Assembly (NCBI GenBank): GCA_964607515.1
Contig: CAZSKU010000008.1
Span: 149 to 64,148, forward strand
Origin: an uncultured bacterium
GTDB taxonomy: Bacteria; Fermentibacterota; Fermentibacteria; Fermentibacterales; JCC-6
Direction of reading: 5' to 3'
Length of the DNA: 64,000 nucleotides
Shown: positions 28,786 to 36,689 of the stretch, one piece after another
Layout: each line of letters begins with the position of its first letter
Numbering within the stretch: position 1 is the stretch's first letter
The notes under the pieces: model-generated
Told to the model about the DNA's origin: nothing
What the model saw: only the letters and a program-made list of their open reading frames with translations
Database searches by the model: none
Position numbers and translations under genes: made by a program

Positions 28786-29393
28786 CGGGCACCCCCTTTC
28801 CGCCTGTTGTCGAGGATGTTGAAGAAGCCCAGTATGAACCCCATGAGTATGAAGGCCCCCGGGGCCAGGATGGCGATGAGCAGCGGTTGCCGGTTGTAGC
28901 CGGAACCCAGGAGGTTGATTCCCAGCCAGGTGCCGTTGCCCAGGATCTCCCGGAAGGTTGCCATCACCAGCATGGCGAAGGTGAACCCTACACCCATGCC
29001 CAGGCCGTCCGCCACGGCTGCTGGAACGGTGTTCTTATTGGCGAAGCCCTCCGCCCTTCCCAGGATGATGCAGTTCACCACGATCAGGGGGATGAAGATG
29101 CCGAGGTTCCGGTGCAGGTCCGGCACGTAGGCGTTCATGATGAGGTCCACCAGGGTTACGAAGGTCGCGATGATGACGATATAGCACGGAATCCGCACCT
29201 TCGAGGGAATGGCCTTCCTCAGCGCGGCTACCAGGAAGTTGGAGCACACCAGCACGAACCCCGCCGCGGCCCCCATTCCCAGGGCGTTCTCAACGCTGCT
29301 GGTCACCGCCAGGAACGGGCACATTCCCAGGACCAGCCTGAAGATGGGGTTTTCCTTGTAAATGCCTTTGACGAACTCTCCGGCGAGACTCAC
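28782..29393 (-). CDS. rnfE: Rnf complex subunit E
   Basis: PIFRLVLGMCPFLAV motif. Confidence 0.85.
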   Translation of the reverse strand: MSLAGEFVKGIYKENPIFRLVLGMCPFLAVTSSVENALGMGAAAGFVLVCSNFLVAALRKAIPSKVRIPCYIVIIATFVTLVDLIMNAYVPDLHRNLGIFIPLIVVNCIILGRAEGFANKNTVPAAVADGLGMGVGFTFAMLVMATFREILGNGTWLGINLLGSGYNRQPLLIAILAPGAFILMGFILGFFNILDNRRKGGAR

Positions 29394-29995
29394 AGCGATC
29401 CTCCCCCCTCGGTGAAAAGGCCCGCGTCGGACATGGCTTCAAGGCCCTTCCTCACCGACTGGGTCACCGCCCTGGAGGTGATGGTGCTCCCGGTGATGGC
29501 GTCTATGTCCCCGCCGTCCTTGGCCAGCAGCAGCCCCCCGGCACCCCTGCCTGTGAAGAAGGCGATGAGCCTGGATGGATCGGCCACGTTGGCGCCCAGC
29601 CCTGGGGTTTCCTGCTGGAAGAGGATCTGGGTGCCGGTGACCACGCCGTCCATTCCACAGGCCACCATGGTCTGCACGGTGCTGGAGTATCCCTTCCCGT
29701 ACGCTATGAACAGGTAACCGATCAGACGCCCCTCGGAGTAGACCCCCACCACGGACAGGGTTTCGTCCGCGGAGGAGTAGGGGTTCTCGAGCCCCGGCAC
29801 CGAAAGGCTGTCGAAGGAAGCCTCTCCCGAGGCTCCGGGAATGGTCGAAGCGGCGCTTTCCATGGCCAGGAGTTTCGCCTCCTCCTTCTGCCGGGCGATT
29901 ATAGGCTCGGTGAAGCCGTTGACGAAACCCAGTGAGCCGGCGGCGATCACCGCCACCACCATGAGAACCGCGCCGAGTTTCAGCACCTCAGCCAT
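29390..29995 (-). CDS. rnfG: Rnf complex subunit G (FMN-binding)
   Basis: N-terminal TM, FMN-attachment region ...ITGSTITS. Confidence 0.8.
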   Translation of the reverse strand: MAEVLKLGAVLMVVAVIAAGSLGFVNGFTEPIIARQKEEAKLLAMESAASTIPGASGEASFDSLSVPGLENPYSSADETLSVVGVYSEGRLIGYLFIAYGKGYSSTVQTMVACGMDGVVTGTQILFQQETPGLGANVADPSRLIAFFTGRGAGGLLLAKDGGDIDAITGSTITSRAVTQSVRKGLEAMSDAGLFTEGGGSL

Positions 29996-31112
29996 TATTC
30001 CTCACCTCCCCGAAAGCCCTGGGCTTGGTGTAGCGGTCTATCAGAGGGGTGGTGAGGTTCATAAGGAGTATGGAGTAGCTGCATCCCTCCGGGTAACCTC
30101 CCCACCTGCGGATGATCATGGTGATGAGACCGGCTCCTATTCCGAAGATGATTCTGCCCTTCCGGGTGACCGGTGTCGTGACCATGTCGGTGATCATGAA
30201 GAATCCACCGAGAACCACCCCTCCCGAGAGCAGGTGGAAGAGGGGGTCGCCCCGGAAGGCTCCCTGGCCCCCGAAGAGCCAGGCGAACAGGGCCACTGCG
30301 CCCAGGTAGCTCAGGGGAAGTCTGGGTTCAAGCACTTTCCTGAAGAAGAGGTAAGTCGCCCCGAGAAGAAGCATCAGGGCGCTGGTTTCCCCTATGCAGC
30401 CTCCGGTTCTTCCCAGGAACAGGCTGATCAGGGTTTCCCGGGAGGAGAGGAGCGTCCGGGCCGAGGCGGCCCTTTCCTGAAGCGCCCGGGCCTGCTCTGC
30501 GTCTTCGTCAGCGGCCGCCTCCGCGGCGCCGGCATCCCAGTCGTAGGTCTGCTGCAGAAGGTTCAGTGGAGTGGCTCCCGTGGCCACGTCCGACTCCTCC
30601 AGCCGGGCTGCGGGTATCCCCGACTGATCCCATGTGTCGTCCCTGGAAGGTCCGTGCTCCATGGGAGCCCACCAGCCTGCGGTCATGAGGACCGGAAAGC
30701 TGGCCACCAGGAACGCCCTGCCCAGAAGGGCCGGGTTCACGATGTTGTATCCAAGCCCCCCGAAGGCCTGCTTCGCCACCGCGATGGCGAAGGCGCTTCC
30801 CAGGATGGGGAGCCACCAGGGCACCGACGGCGGCACGTTGTAGGCCAGCAGTATGCCCGTCACCACGGCGCTGCCGTCCAGAACGACGTTCACCGGTTTT
30901 TTCATGAACCTCAGGCAGAGCGCCTCGGTGACCACCGCCGCCAGTACGCTGAGACCCGTCAGCAGCAGAGCCCTGAAACCGAAGAAGTACACCGCCGCCG
31001 CCAGGGCAGGCAGCAGGGCCAGGGCCACGTCGGTCATGATCCGCCGGGTTGACTCGGGAGAACCGAAGTGGGGGGAAATGGCCAGTTCGAATTTTCTTGC
31101 CTCAGCCATCAT
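29988..31112 (-). CDS. rnfD: Rnf complex subunit D
   Basis: Polytopic NqrB/RnfD protein; start MMAEARKFE in ATGA overlap with rnfC stop. Confidence 0.85.
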   Translation of the reverse strand: MMAEARKFELAISPHFGSPESTRRIMTDVALALLPALAAAVYFFGFRALLLTGLSVLAAVVTEALCLRFMKKPVNVVLDGSAVVTGILLAYNVPPSVPWWLPILGSAFAIAVAKQAFGGLGYNIVNPALLGRAFLVASFPVLMTAGWWAPMEHGPSRDDTWDQSGIPAARLEESDVATGATPLNLLQQTYDWDAGAAEAAADEDAEQARALQERAASARTLLSSRETLISLFLGRTGGCIGETSALMLLLGATYLFFRKVLEPRLPLSYLGAVALFAWLFGGQGAFRGDPLFHLLSGGVVLGGFFMITDMVTTPVTRKGRIIFGIGAGLITMIIRRWGGYPEGCSYSILLMNLTTPLIDRYTKPRAFGEVRNNG

Positions 31113-32425
31113 GACCCCTTTCCGGCCCTGGCCATGGCCCTGATCTCGTTCTGAGCCCTCTTGATGTAGTGGACCAGGTATCTGCCCGCAGGGCAGACGT
31201 AGCTGCAGGTTCCGCAAGCCATGCAGTTCAGGGCTCCGAACTCCTTGGCGGCCTGCCATTTCTCGTACTCGGAGGCCCGGGCGATCATGCTGGGAACCAG
31301 GTTGAGGGGACATGAGTCCACACATCTGCCGCAGCGGATGCAGGGACCTTCGTCGGTTTCCCTGGCTTCACCGGAAGACAGGGCCAGGATCCCGCTGGTT
31401 CCCTTGGTCACCGGGACTTCGTCGGTGTGCACCGAGATGCCCATCATGGGCCCTCCGGAGATCAGCCTGCGGACGTCGGGACCGTATCCCCCCGCGGCTT
31501 CCACCAGTCGGGCCACCGGAGTGCCCACACTGCAAAGGAAGTTGCCGGGCCTGTTGACTCCCCGTCCGGTGACGGTGGTCACCCGGGAGACCGACGGAAT
31601 TCCCTCCCGTACAGCCTGTGCCACGGCCACGCAGGTGCCCACGTTTTGAACCACAACCCCTATGTCCAGGGGCAGCCCCCCGGCGGGGACCTTCCGGCGG
31701 CACACCGCGTGGATGAGCTGCTTCTCGGCGCCCTGGGGGTAGGAAACCTTCAGGGGAACAACCCTGACGCCTTTTCTCTCCATGAGTTCGATGGCGTCGG
31801 GCTTGTTCACCTCTATGCCGATGCAGGGATTCTCCACCCGCAGAACCATGGCCAGGATGCGCATCCCCTCGATGACGTCGTCGGGATTCTCCAGCATCAG
31901 CCTGTGATCCGCGGTGAGGTAGGGCTCGCACTCCACTCCATTGATTATCAGGGTGTCTATCCTCTTGTCGGGAGGGGGGGAAAGCTTCACGAAGGTTGGG
32001 AAGCAGGCTCCGCCCATGCCGCATACCCCGGCATCACAGATCCTGCCGATGAGTTCGTCCGGCGACCTGTTCACCCAGTCGGGCCAGGGCTCGAACACAG
32101 GTTCCTCCCCGGCGCTCTCAACCGAGATCACCACCGCCGGACCCAGGCGCCGGTGGGGCATCGGAGCCTCGACCACTCCGACAACCTTGCCGGCTGCCGG
32201 GGAATGGGTGGGAAGGCTGATGAAACCGTTCTTCTCCCCCAGCACCTGACCGAAACCTACCGAGTCTCCCTGTTTGACCACCGGGGTCGAAGGCGTGCCC
32301 AGGTGCTGACACAGGGAGACCGTCAGCGTTTCCGGTACGGGGATCTTCACAATCTCCCGGGAACGGCTGATCTCCTTGTTTCCCGGCGGATGTGTCCCTC
32401 CGGAGAATGTCCTTGCCCTGCTCAT
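31109..32425 (-). CDS. rnfC: Rnf complex subunit C
   Basis: NADH/flavin-binding domain plus 2x[4Fe-4S] (CIRCGRCVDSCP, CMACGTCSYVCP). Confidence 0.9.
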   Translation of the reverse strand: MSRARTFSGGTHPPGNKEISRSREIVKIPVPETLTVSLCQHLGTPSTPVVKQGDSVGFGQVLGEKNGFISLPTHSPAAGKVVGVVEAPMPHRRLGPAVVISVESAGEEPVFEPWPDWVNRSPDELIGRICDAGVCGMGGACFPTFVKLSPPPDKRIDTLIINGVECEPYLTADHRLMLENPDDVIEGMRILAMVLRVENPCIGIEVNKPDAIELMERKGVRVVPLKVSYPQGAEKQLIHAVCRRKVPAGGLPLDIGVVVQNVGTCVAVAQAVREGIPSVSRVTTVTGRGVNRPGNFLCSVGTPVARLVEAAGGYGPDVRRLISGGPMMGISVHTDEVPVTKGTSGILALSSGEARETDEGPCIRCGRCVDSCPLNLVPSMIARASEYEKWQAAKEFGALNCMACGTCSYVCPAGRYLVHYIKRAQNEIRAMARAGKGS

Positions 32426-32447
32426 ACTCCTCCAAAACTGCGCGGAT

Positions 32448-32479
32448 CATGAATAAAGGCACGGGTGCGCAAGCACCCG
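32448..32479 (-). terminator. terminator-like hairpin between arsC and rnfC
   Basis: Minus-strand CGGGTGC-uugc-GCACCCG then UGCCUUUAUUCAU; only ~36 nt remain before rnfC ATG. Confidence 0.35.
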
Positions 32480-32545
32480 CCCCCCATAAGGAACGGCACG
32501 CTGAACCATAGAACGAAACACTCCCCGGAGCAACCTCCAGGCGAG

Positions 32546-32986
32546 TTACTCGGACATGTGTTCGGACAGGAAGCGGAGAACCCGCTCCTCGATGATATCC
32601 CTGACCCTTTGGAATGGTTCGCAGCGGTCCGGTCCGTCGGTAGGCATCTCCGCGGGGTCCGGCACTCCCCAGAATTCCCTGACATGCGGCCCGGGATACA
32701 CCGGGCAGCGGGATTCCGCCCGGTCGCAGACGGTGATCAGGTAGCCTACCATGACGTGTTTCCTGATGAAATCGTCCCAGAGGCTCTTCGGGGCATGGCC
32801 CAGCGCGAGCAGATCCAGCCCCTTTTCCTTCATCACCCGGAGTGCGCAGGGGTGGATCTCCGACGATTCCAGCCCGGCGCTGCATGCAAAAAAACGACCC
32901 TCACCATGATGATTGAGAAATGCCTCCGCCATCTGGCTTCTGGCGGAGTTCCGACTGCACAGAAAAAGAACTCTCGGTCTGCCCAT
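32546..32986 (-). CDS. arsC: arsenate reductase, LMW-PTP family (thioredoxin-coupled ArsC)
   Basis: LFLCSRNSARSQMAEAF P-loop with downstream Cys pair; start MGRPRVLFLC preceded by GGGAGG. Confidence 0.7.
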   Translation of the reverse strand: MGRPRVLFLCSRNSARSQMAEAFLNHHGEGRFFACSAGLESSEIHPCALRVMKEKGLDLLALGHAPKSLWDDFIRKHVMVGYLITVCDRAESRCPVYPGPHVREFWGVPDPAEMPTDGPDRCEPFQRVRDIIEERVLRFLSEHMSE

Positions 32987-33086
32987 GTTCAACCTCCCTG
33001 TCCATGATCACCAGGCAGGGACTATCCACACGCGGGATTAAGAAAGTGTTAAGGGCGGCGGCAGGGAACCGCCGCCCGAACCCGCC

Positions 33087-33194
33087 TCAGCCCTTTTTGG
33101 TGGGCTTCTTCGCGGCCTTCTTCTTCGGGGCCTTTTCGGCCTTTTTCTCCGCGGGAGCCTTGGCGGGAGCCTTTTTCGCCTCGTCCTTCTTCAC
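33087..33194 (-). CDS. 35-aa Lys/Ala-rich basic peptide (histone H1 / HU-tail-like), unlisted micro-ORF
   Basis: GTG start 9 nt after AGGAGG; product MKKDEAKKAPAKAPAEKKAEKAPKKKAAKKPTKKG; strong AAG/AAA codon bias in a GC-rich genome. Confidence 0.4.
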   Translation of the reverse strand: MKKDEAKKAPAKAPAEKKAEKAPKKKAAKKPTKKG

Positions 33195-33233
33195 GATCAC
33201 TGCCCTCCTGAAAGTGGCGCAACCATGCAGTCA

Positions 33234-33257
33234 GGGCTGAAGAAACCTCTTCAGCCC
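33234..33257 (-). promoter_or_regulatory. perfect 10-bp stem-loop (GGGCUGAAGA-aacc-UCUUCAGCCC) at predicted 5' end of micro-ORF transcript
   Basis: Perfect inverted repeat; minus-strand TTGACA (33293..33288)-17-CATATC (33270..33265) puts the TSS at the hairpin. Confidence 0.4.
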
Positions 33258-33353
33258 CGAAGCGGATATGGTGAAACGCCGCCATGCTGTCAATCCGAAG
33301 GTATATTCCCGGCTGGGATCCACCATGAAGTTCCTTCAGGCAAGGCGGATACG

Positions 33354-33824
33354 ATGCTCAAACTGCTTCTGATGCTTCCTGTTCTGGCTGCTTTTCAGTG
33401 GATATACCAGGTGGACCCGGACAGGTGCACCGGATGCTCGAACTGCGTCTACTTCTGCCCCCGGGGGGCCATAAGCATGCATGCCGGCAAGGCCTGGATA
33501 GACCCGGAAGTGTGCGACGGCTGCGGCACCTGTGTGGCCCACTGCCCATGGGGGGCAATCTACATGGTCTGGTACGAGGGTACCGGGGATTCAACCCTGG
33601 AATCCCCCGCCCTGTCCGCCAATCCCGCCGCTCTATCGGCCCATGTCACGGGGCTTTCGCCGGGATCCGACATCATTCTTGCCGACCTGACCGGAAGAAC
33701 CCGTATCAGGGCTGCCGCCGACACCTCGGGCGAAGTGTTCTTTGACTTGTCCGGTCTGCCTTCCGGCTTTTACATGATCCGCACCGGAGGCGCCGCCGTT
33801 CTTCCTCTGGTTGTAACCAGATAG
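33354..33824 (+). CDS. signal-peptide 2x[4Fe-4S] ferredoxin fused to T9SS/FlgD-Ig-like C-terminal sorting domain
   Basis: MLKLLLMLPVLAAF h-region; CTGCSNCVYFCP and CDGCGTCVAHCP; tail LSANP...ILADLTGRTRIRAAADTSGEVFFDLSGLPSGFYMIRTGG matches CTD pattern; ORF-track start 33225 rejected (hairpin plus signal peptide). Confidence 0.6.
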   Translation: MLKLLLMLPVLAAFQWIYQVDPDRCTGCSNCVYFCPRGAISMHAGKAWIDPEVCDGCGTCVAHCPWGAIYMVWYEGTGDSTLESPALSANPAALSAHVTGLSPGSDIILADLTGRTRIRAAADTSGEVFFDLSGLPSGFYMIRTGGAAVLPLVVTR

Positions 33825-33834
33825 AGGCCCTTCC

Positions 33835-34395
33835 ATGGATATCGCCGTAATAGTCACGGGGTTGCTGGTGTTCGCCGCCAGGGTTCTGGATGTCTCCCTG
33901 GGCACCATGAGAACCATAAGCATCATCCAGGGGAGGACTCTGCTGGCCTTCCTGCTGGGGTTCGTGGAAATCAGCGTATGGCTGGGGGTTATCTCCACCG
34001 TGATAACCCACCTTCAGGACAATCCGGCACTGGCGATCTTCTACGCCCTGGGCTTCGCCACCGGAAACGTTGCGGGCATCATGATCGAGCGGAGGATCGC
34101 CATGGGCAGCGTGGTGATCAAGATAATCGCCCGGGAGTCGGCGGAGGAACTGGCCTCGGAGATAAGGAAGATGGGCTTTCCGGTGACCGAGTTCCAGGGC
34201 CGGGGCATGGCGGGCACCGTTACGGAGTTGTACATAGTCTGCCCCAGGCGGGACTTCAGGCCTATCATGACCCGGGTGCGAAAGATCGATCCGGATGTGT
34301 TCTACGTAACCGAGCCGGTGGGAACCCTGGGAAGCGGCAGGGTTCCTCCGGCGCTCTCCCACAGGGGGTGGAAGTCCATCATCAAAAGGAAATGA
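33835..34395 (+). CDS. UPF0316/DUF2179 family membrane protein
   Basis: Three N-terminal TM helices plus a C-terminal soluble domain typical of the family. Confidence 0.55.
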   Translation: MDIAVIVTGLLVFAARVLDVSLGTMRTISIIQGRTLLAFLLGFVEISVWLGVISTVITHLQDNPALAIFYALGFATGNVAGIMIERRIAMGSVVIKIIARESAEELASEIRKMGFPVTEFQGRGMAGTVTELYIVCPRRDFRPIMTRVRKIDPDVFYVTEPVGTLGSGRVPPALSHRGWKSIIKRK

Positions 34396-34405
34396 CCGTC
34401 CGAGG

Positions 34406-34433
34406 TTGACAGTTTTGCAATTTGGCCTATATT
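34406..34433 (+). promoter_or_regulatory. near-consensus sigma70 promoter (TTGACA-16-TATATT) for the arsR operon
   Basis: Both hexamers read directly; followed by GGAGG RBS (34448-34452). Confidence 0.5.
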
Positions 34434-34457
34434 GCAAATACTAACCCGGAGGTTGCC

Positions 34458-34766
34458 TTGTCGAAGGACTTGACCGAATCGCTTCAAAGAAGGGCCAGGA
34501 CTCTCGCATCCCTGGGCCACCCCTCGAGGCTGCTCATCGTGGATGCCCTGAAATCAGGCGAGAAAACGGTATCCGAACTGACGAACCTGGTCGGCTCGGA
34601 CATCTCCACCGTTTCCAGGCATCTCGGAGTCCTGCGGAATGCGGGCATCATCGGCTCCCGCCGGGAAGCAAACCGGATACTGCACCGGCTGCTCACCCCG
34701 TGTCTGACCGAATTCCTTCAGTGCGTGGAAAAGGTTGTTTCCGACACCTGCGGAAAGTGCCGATGA
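34458..34766 (+). CDS. ArsR/SmtB-family metalloregulator
   Basis: wHTH (LGHPSRLLIVDAL...VSELTNLVGSDISTVSRHLGVLRNAG), C-terminal CGKC; start inferred as TTG 5 nt after GGAGG because ORF-track start 34422 lies inside the -10 box. Confidence 0.65.
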   Translation: MSKDLTESLQRRARTLASLGHPSRLLIVDALKSGEKTVSELTNLVGSDISTVSRHLGVLRNAGIIGSRREANRILHRLLTPCLTEFLQCVEKVVSDTCGKCR

Positions 34767-36067
34767 ACCTCAGGTCCGAATGGAAAACCCTGCTTCTCAT
34801 GCTTCTTGTATTTGCCGGAGCTTTTCATATGCCGCTTTCGGCGGAGCGTTTCTGGAGCGGGGCGACCGAGTCGCTCCACCTTCTTCACGAGTACGCCAGG
34901 GAACACGTTGTTCTGTGCCTGCTGCCGGCCCTCTTCATCGCCGGAGGGCTCGCCGTCTTCCTGAAGAGGGAGGCGGTGATGAAGTATCTGGGGCCGAAGG
35001 CGAAGAAAGCCGTCGCATACGGGGTGGCTTCGGTCTCCGGAACTGTTCTCGCGGTCTGCTCCTGCACGGTTCTGCCTCTTTTCGCCGGGATCTACAGGAT
35101 GGGGGCGGGGCTTGGCCCCGCCTCGGCTTTCCTGTACGCCGGGCCGGCGATCAACGTCCTTGCGATAATCCTTTCAGCCAGGGTTCTGGGGGTCGAGCTG
35201 GGTGTCGCGAGGGCGGCGGGGGCGGTGGTGTTCAGTGTCGTTATCGGCCTGCTCATGCACCTGATCTTCCGGAAGGAGGAGACGGCGAGAAGCGCGGGTT
35301 TCGCATTCGAAGAAACGGAAGACACATACCCGCTCGTTCAGCGGGTAATCGTCTTCGCTTCCCTGGTGGGGCTTCTTGTTTTCGCCAACTGGAGCGCGCC
35401 CGGCAGGGCTGCCGGTATCTGGAGCACGGTATGGGCATGGAAATGGGTCCTCACCTCGATTTTCGCAGCAGTGACCGGAACAGCCGCCGTGCTCTGGCTC
35501 GGAGTCAGGGCCTGGAAGATGCTTCTGGTGGCTGCGGTCACGGGAACAGCAGCCCTGTTTCACGCGGGAGCGCAGGCATCCTTCGGACTCGGCCTGGTCG
35601 CTTTCGCCTGGGCGCTCGCCACCAGCGAGGGCGAGGGAAGCCGGTGGGCCGATGAAACCTGGGGCTATGCGAAACTTATCCTTCCCCTACTTTTCGCCGG
35701 CGTAATCGTTGCCGGCGCACTTCTCGGAAGACCGGGACACGACGGATGGATCCCTTCGGAGTGGGTGGAGGCGGCCGTGGGAGGCAACTCCATCCGGGCC
35801 AACCTGCTGGCTTCGGTTGCGGGGGCATTCATGTACTTCGCCACCCTCACCGAGATTCCCATCGTTCAGGGACTGATAGGCTCTGGCATGGGGAAGGGGC
35901 CGGCGCTGGCCCTTCTCCTGGCGGGTCCGGCCCTGTCCCTGCCCAACATGCTGGTTATCCGGACCATCCTGGGAACCCGGAAAACCGTGACTTTCGTTTC
36001 CCTGGTGATACTGACGGCCACCGTCAGCGGAGTTCTTTTCGGTATCGCTTTCCCGGAGGTAGCGTGA
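34763..36067 (+). CDS. DUF318/ArsP-like permease
   Basis: Polytopic membrane protein with CSC motif (AVCSCTVLPLF) like organoarsenical permease ArsP; ATGA overlap with arsR stop. Confidence 0.65.
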   Translation: MNLRSEWKTLLLMLLVFAGAFHMPLSAERFWSGATESLHLLHEYAREHVVLCLLPALFIAGGLAVFLKREAVMKYLGPKAKKAVAYGVASVSGTVLAVCSCTVLPLFAGIYRMGAGLGPASAFLYAGPAINVLAIILSARVLGVELGVARAAGAVVFSVVIGLLMHLIFRKEETARSAGFAFEETEDTYPLVQRVIVFASLVGLLVFANWSAPGRAAGIWSTVWAWKWVLTSIFAAVTGTAAVLWLGVRAWKMLLVAAVTGTAALFHAGAQASFGLGLVAFAWALATSEGEGSRWADETWGYAKLILPLLFAGVIVAGALLGRPGHDGWIPSEWVEAAVGGNSIRANLLASVAGAFMYFATLTEIPIVQGLIGSGMGKGPALALLLAGPALSLPNMLVIRTILGTRKTVTFVSLVILTATVSGVLFGIAFPEVA

Positions 36068-36300
36068 TGCGGATTCAAGTGCTGGGCACCGGCTGCCCCA
36101 AGTGTAAAAAACTCGAAGAAATGGCCACGGAGGCTGCGGAAGAGCTTAATCTCGACTATTCCATCGAGAAGGTTTCGCAGATAAACGAAATCATCGCCAT
36201 GGGGGTGATGTCCACGCCGGCCCTGGCGGTGGACGGCAGGGTGGTGCTATCGGGAAGGCTTCCGGGGAAGGACGAACTGAAGGAGATGCTGTCGAGATGA
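36067..36300 (+). CDS. thioredoxin-family redox-active disulfide protein 2 (TM0983-like)
   Basis: 77 aa, MRIQVLGTGCPKCKKLEE CxxC. Confidence 0.7.
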   Translation: MRIQVLGTGCPKCKKLEEMATEAAEELNLDYSIEKVSQINEIIAMGVMSTPALAVDGRVVLSGRLPGKDELKEMLSR

Positions 36301-36686
36301 GGCCGGTGAGAATCATTCTATTCCTGCTTCTCTTAGTCGTTTCATGTTCCGGACCCGATACGGACGAGACCGGAACTGTCTCCGCGGAATCGGGGCTTCC
36401 CAGGCTCGTCGATCTCGGCTCGGAGTCCTGCGTGCCGTGCAGGATGATGCAGCCGGAACTGGAAACTCTCAGAACAACCCTGAACGGCTCGCTCGAAGTG
36501 GTTTTCATCGATGTCAACCGTGATCGAAACGCCGCTTCGAGGTACGGAATCCGGGTTATCCCGACCCAGATATTCTACTCCGCCGAAGGAGCCGAACTGG
36601 CGCGGCACGAGGGTTACATAGACGCGGAAGGAATGATCGAAATCTTCAGAGAGCACGGATACCTCACGGATCGCAGCGGGGTCTGA
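36297..36686 (+). CDS. TlpA/thioredoxin-like lipoprotein
   Basis: Signal peptide plus lipobox (LVVSCSG), thioredoxin fold with SCVPC. Confidence 0.6.
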   Translation: MRPVRIILFLLLLVVSCSGPDTDETGTVSAESGLPRLVDLGSESCVPCRMMQPELETLRTTLNGSLEVVFIDVNRDRNAASRYGIRVIPTQIFYSAEGAELARHEGYIDAEGMIEIFREHGYLTDRSGV

Positions 36687-36689
36687 CCC

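Noticed and set aside
33049-33285. 78-aa minus-strand ORF (EGRGEKGSRQG...) listed in the ORF track
   Set aside because: It is the wrong frame of the Lys/Ala-rich region. The frame with an AGGAGG RBS gives the 35-aa KA-rich peptide instead.
33225-33353. Upstream ATG start (33225) for the ferredoxin-CTD gene
   Set aside because: That extension is encoded by a perfect 10-bp hairpin and divergent-promoter DNA. A clean signal-peptide start exists at 33354.
34422-34457. TTG at 34422 as arsR start
   Set aside because: It lies inside the -10 hexamer of the promoter, upstream of the GGAGG RBS. The in-frame TTG at 34458 fits the RBS spacing.
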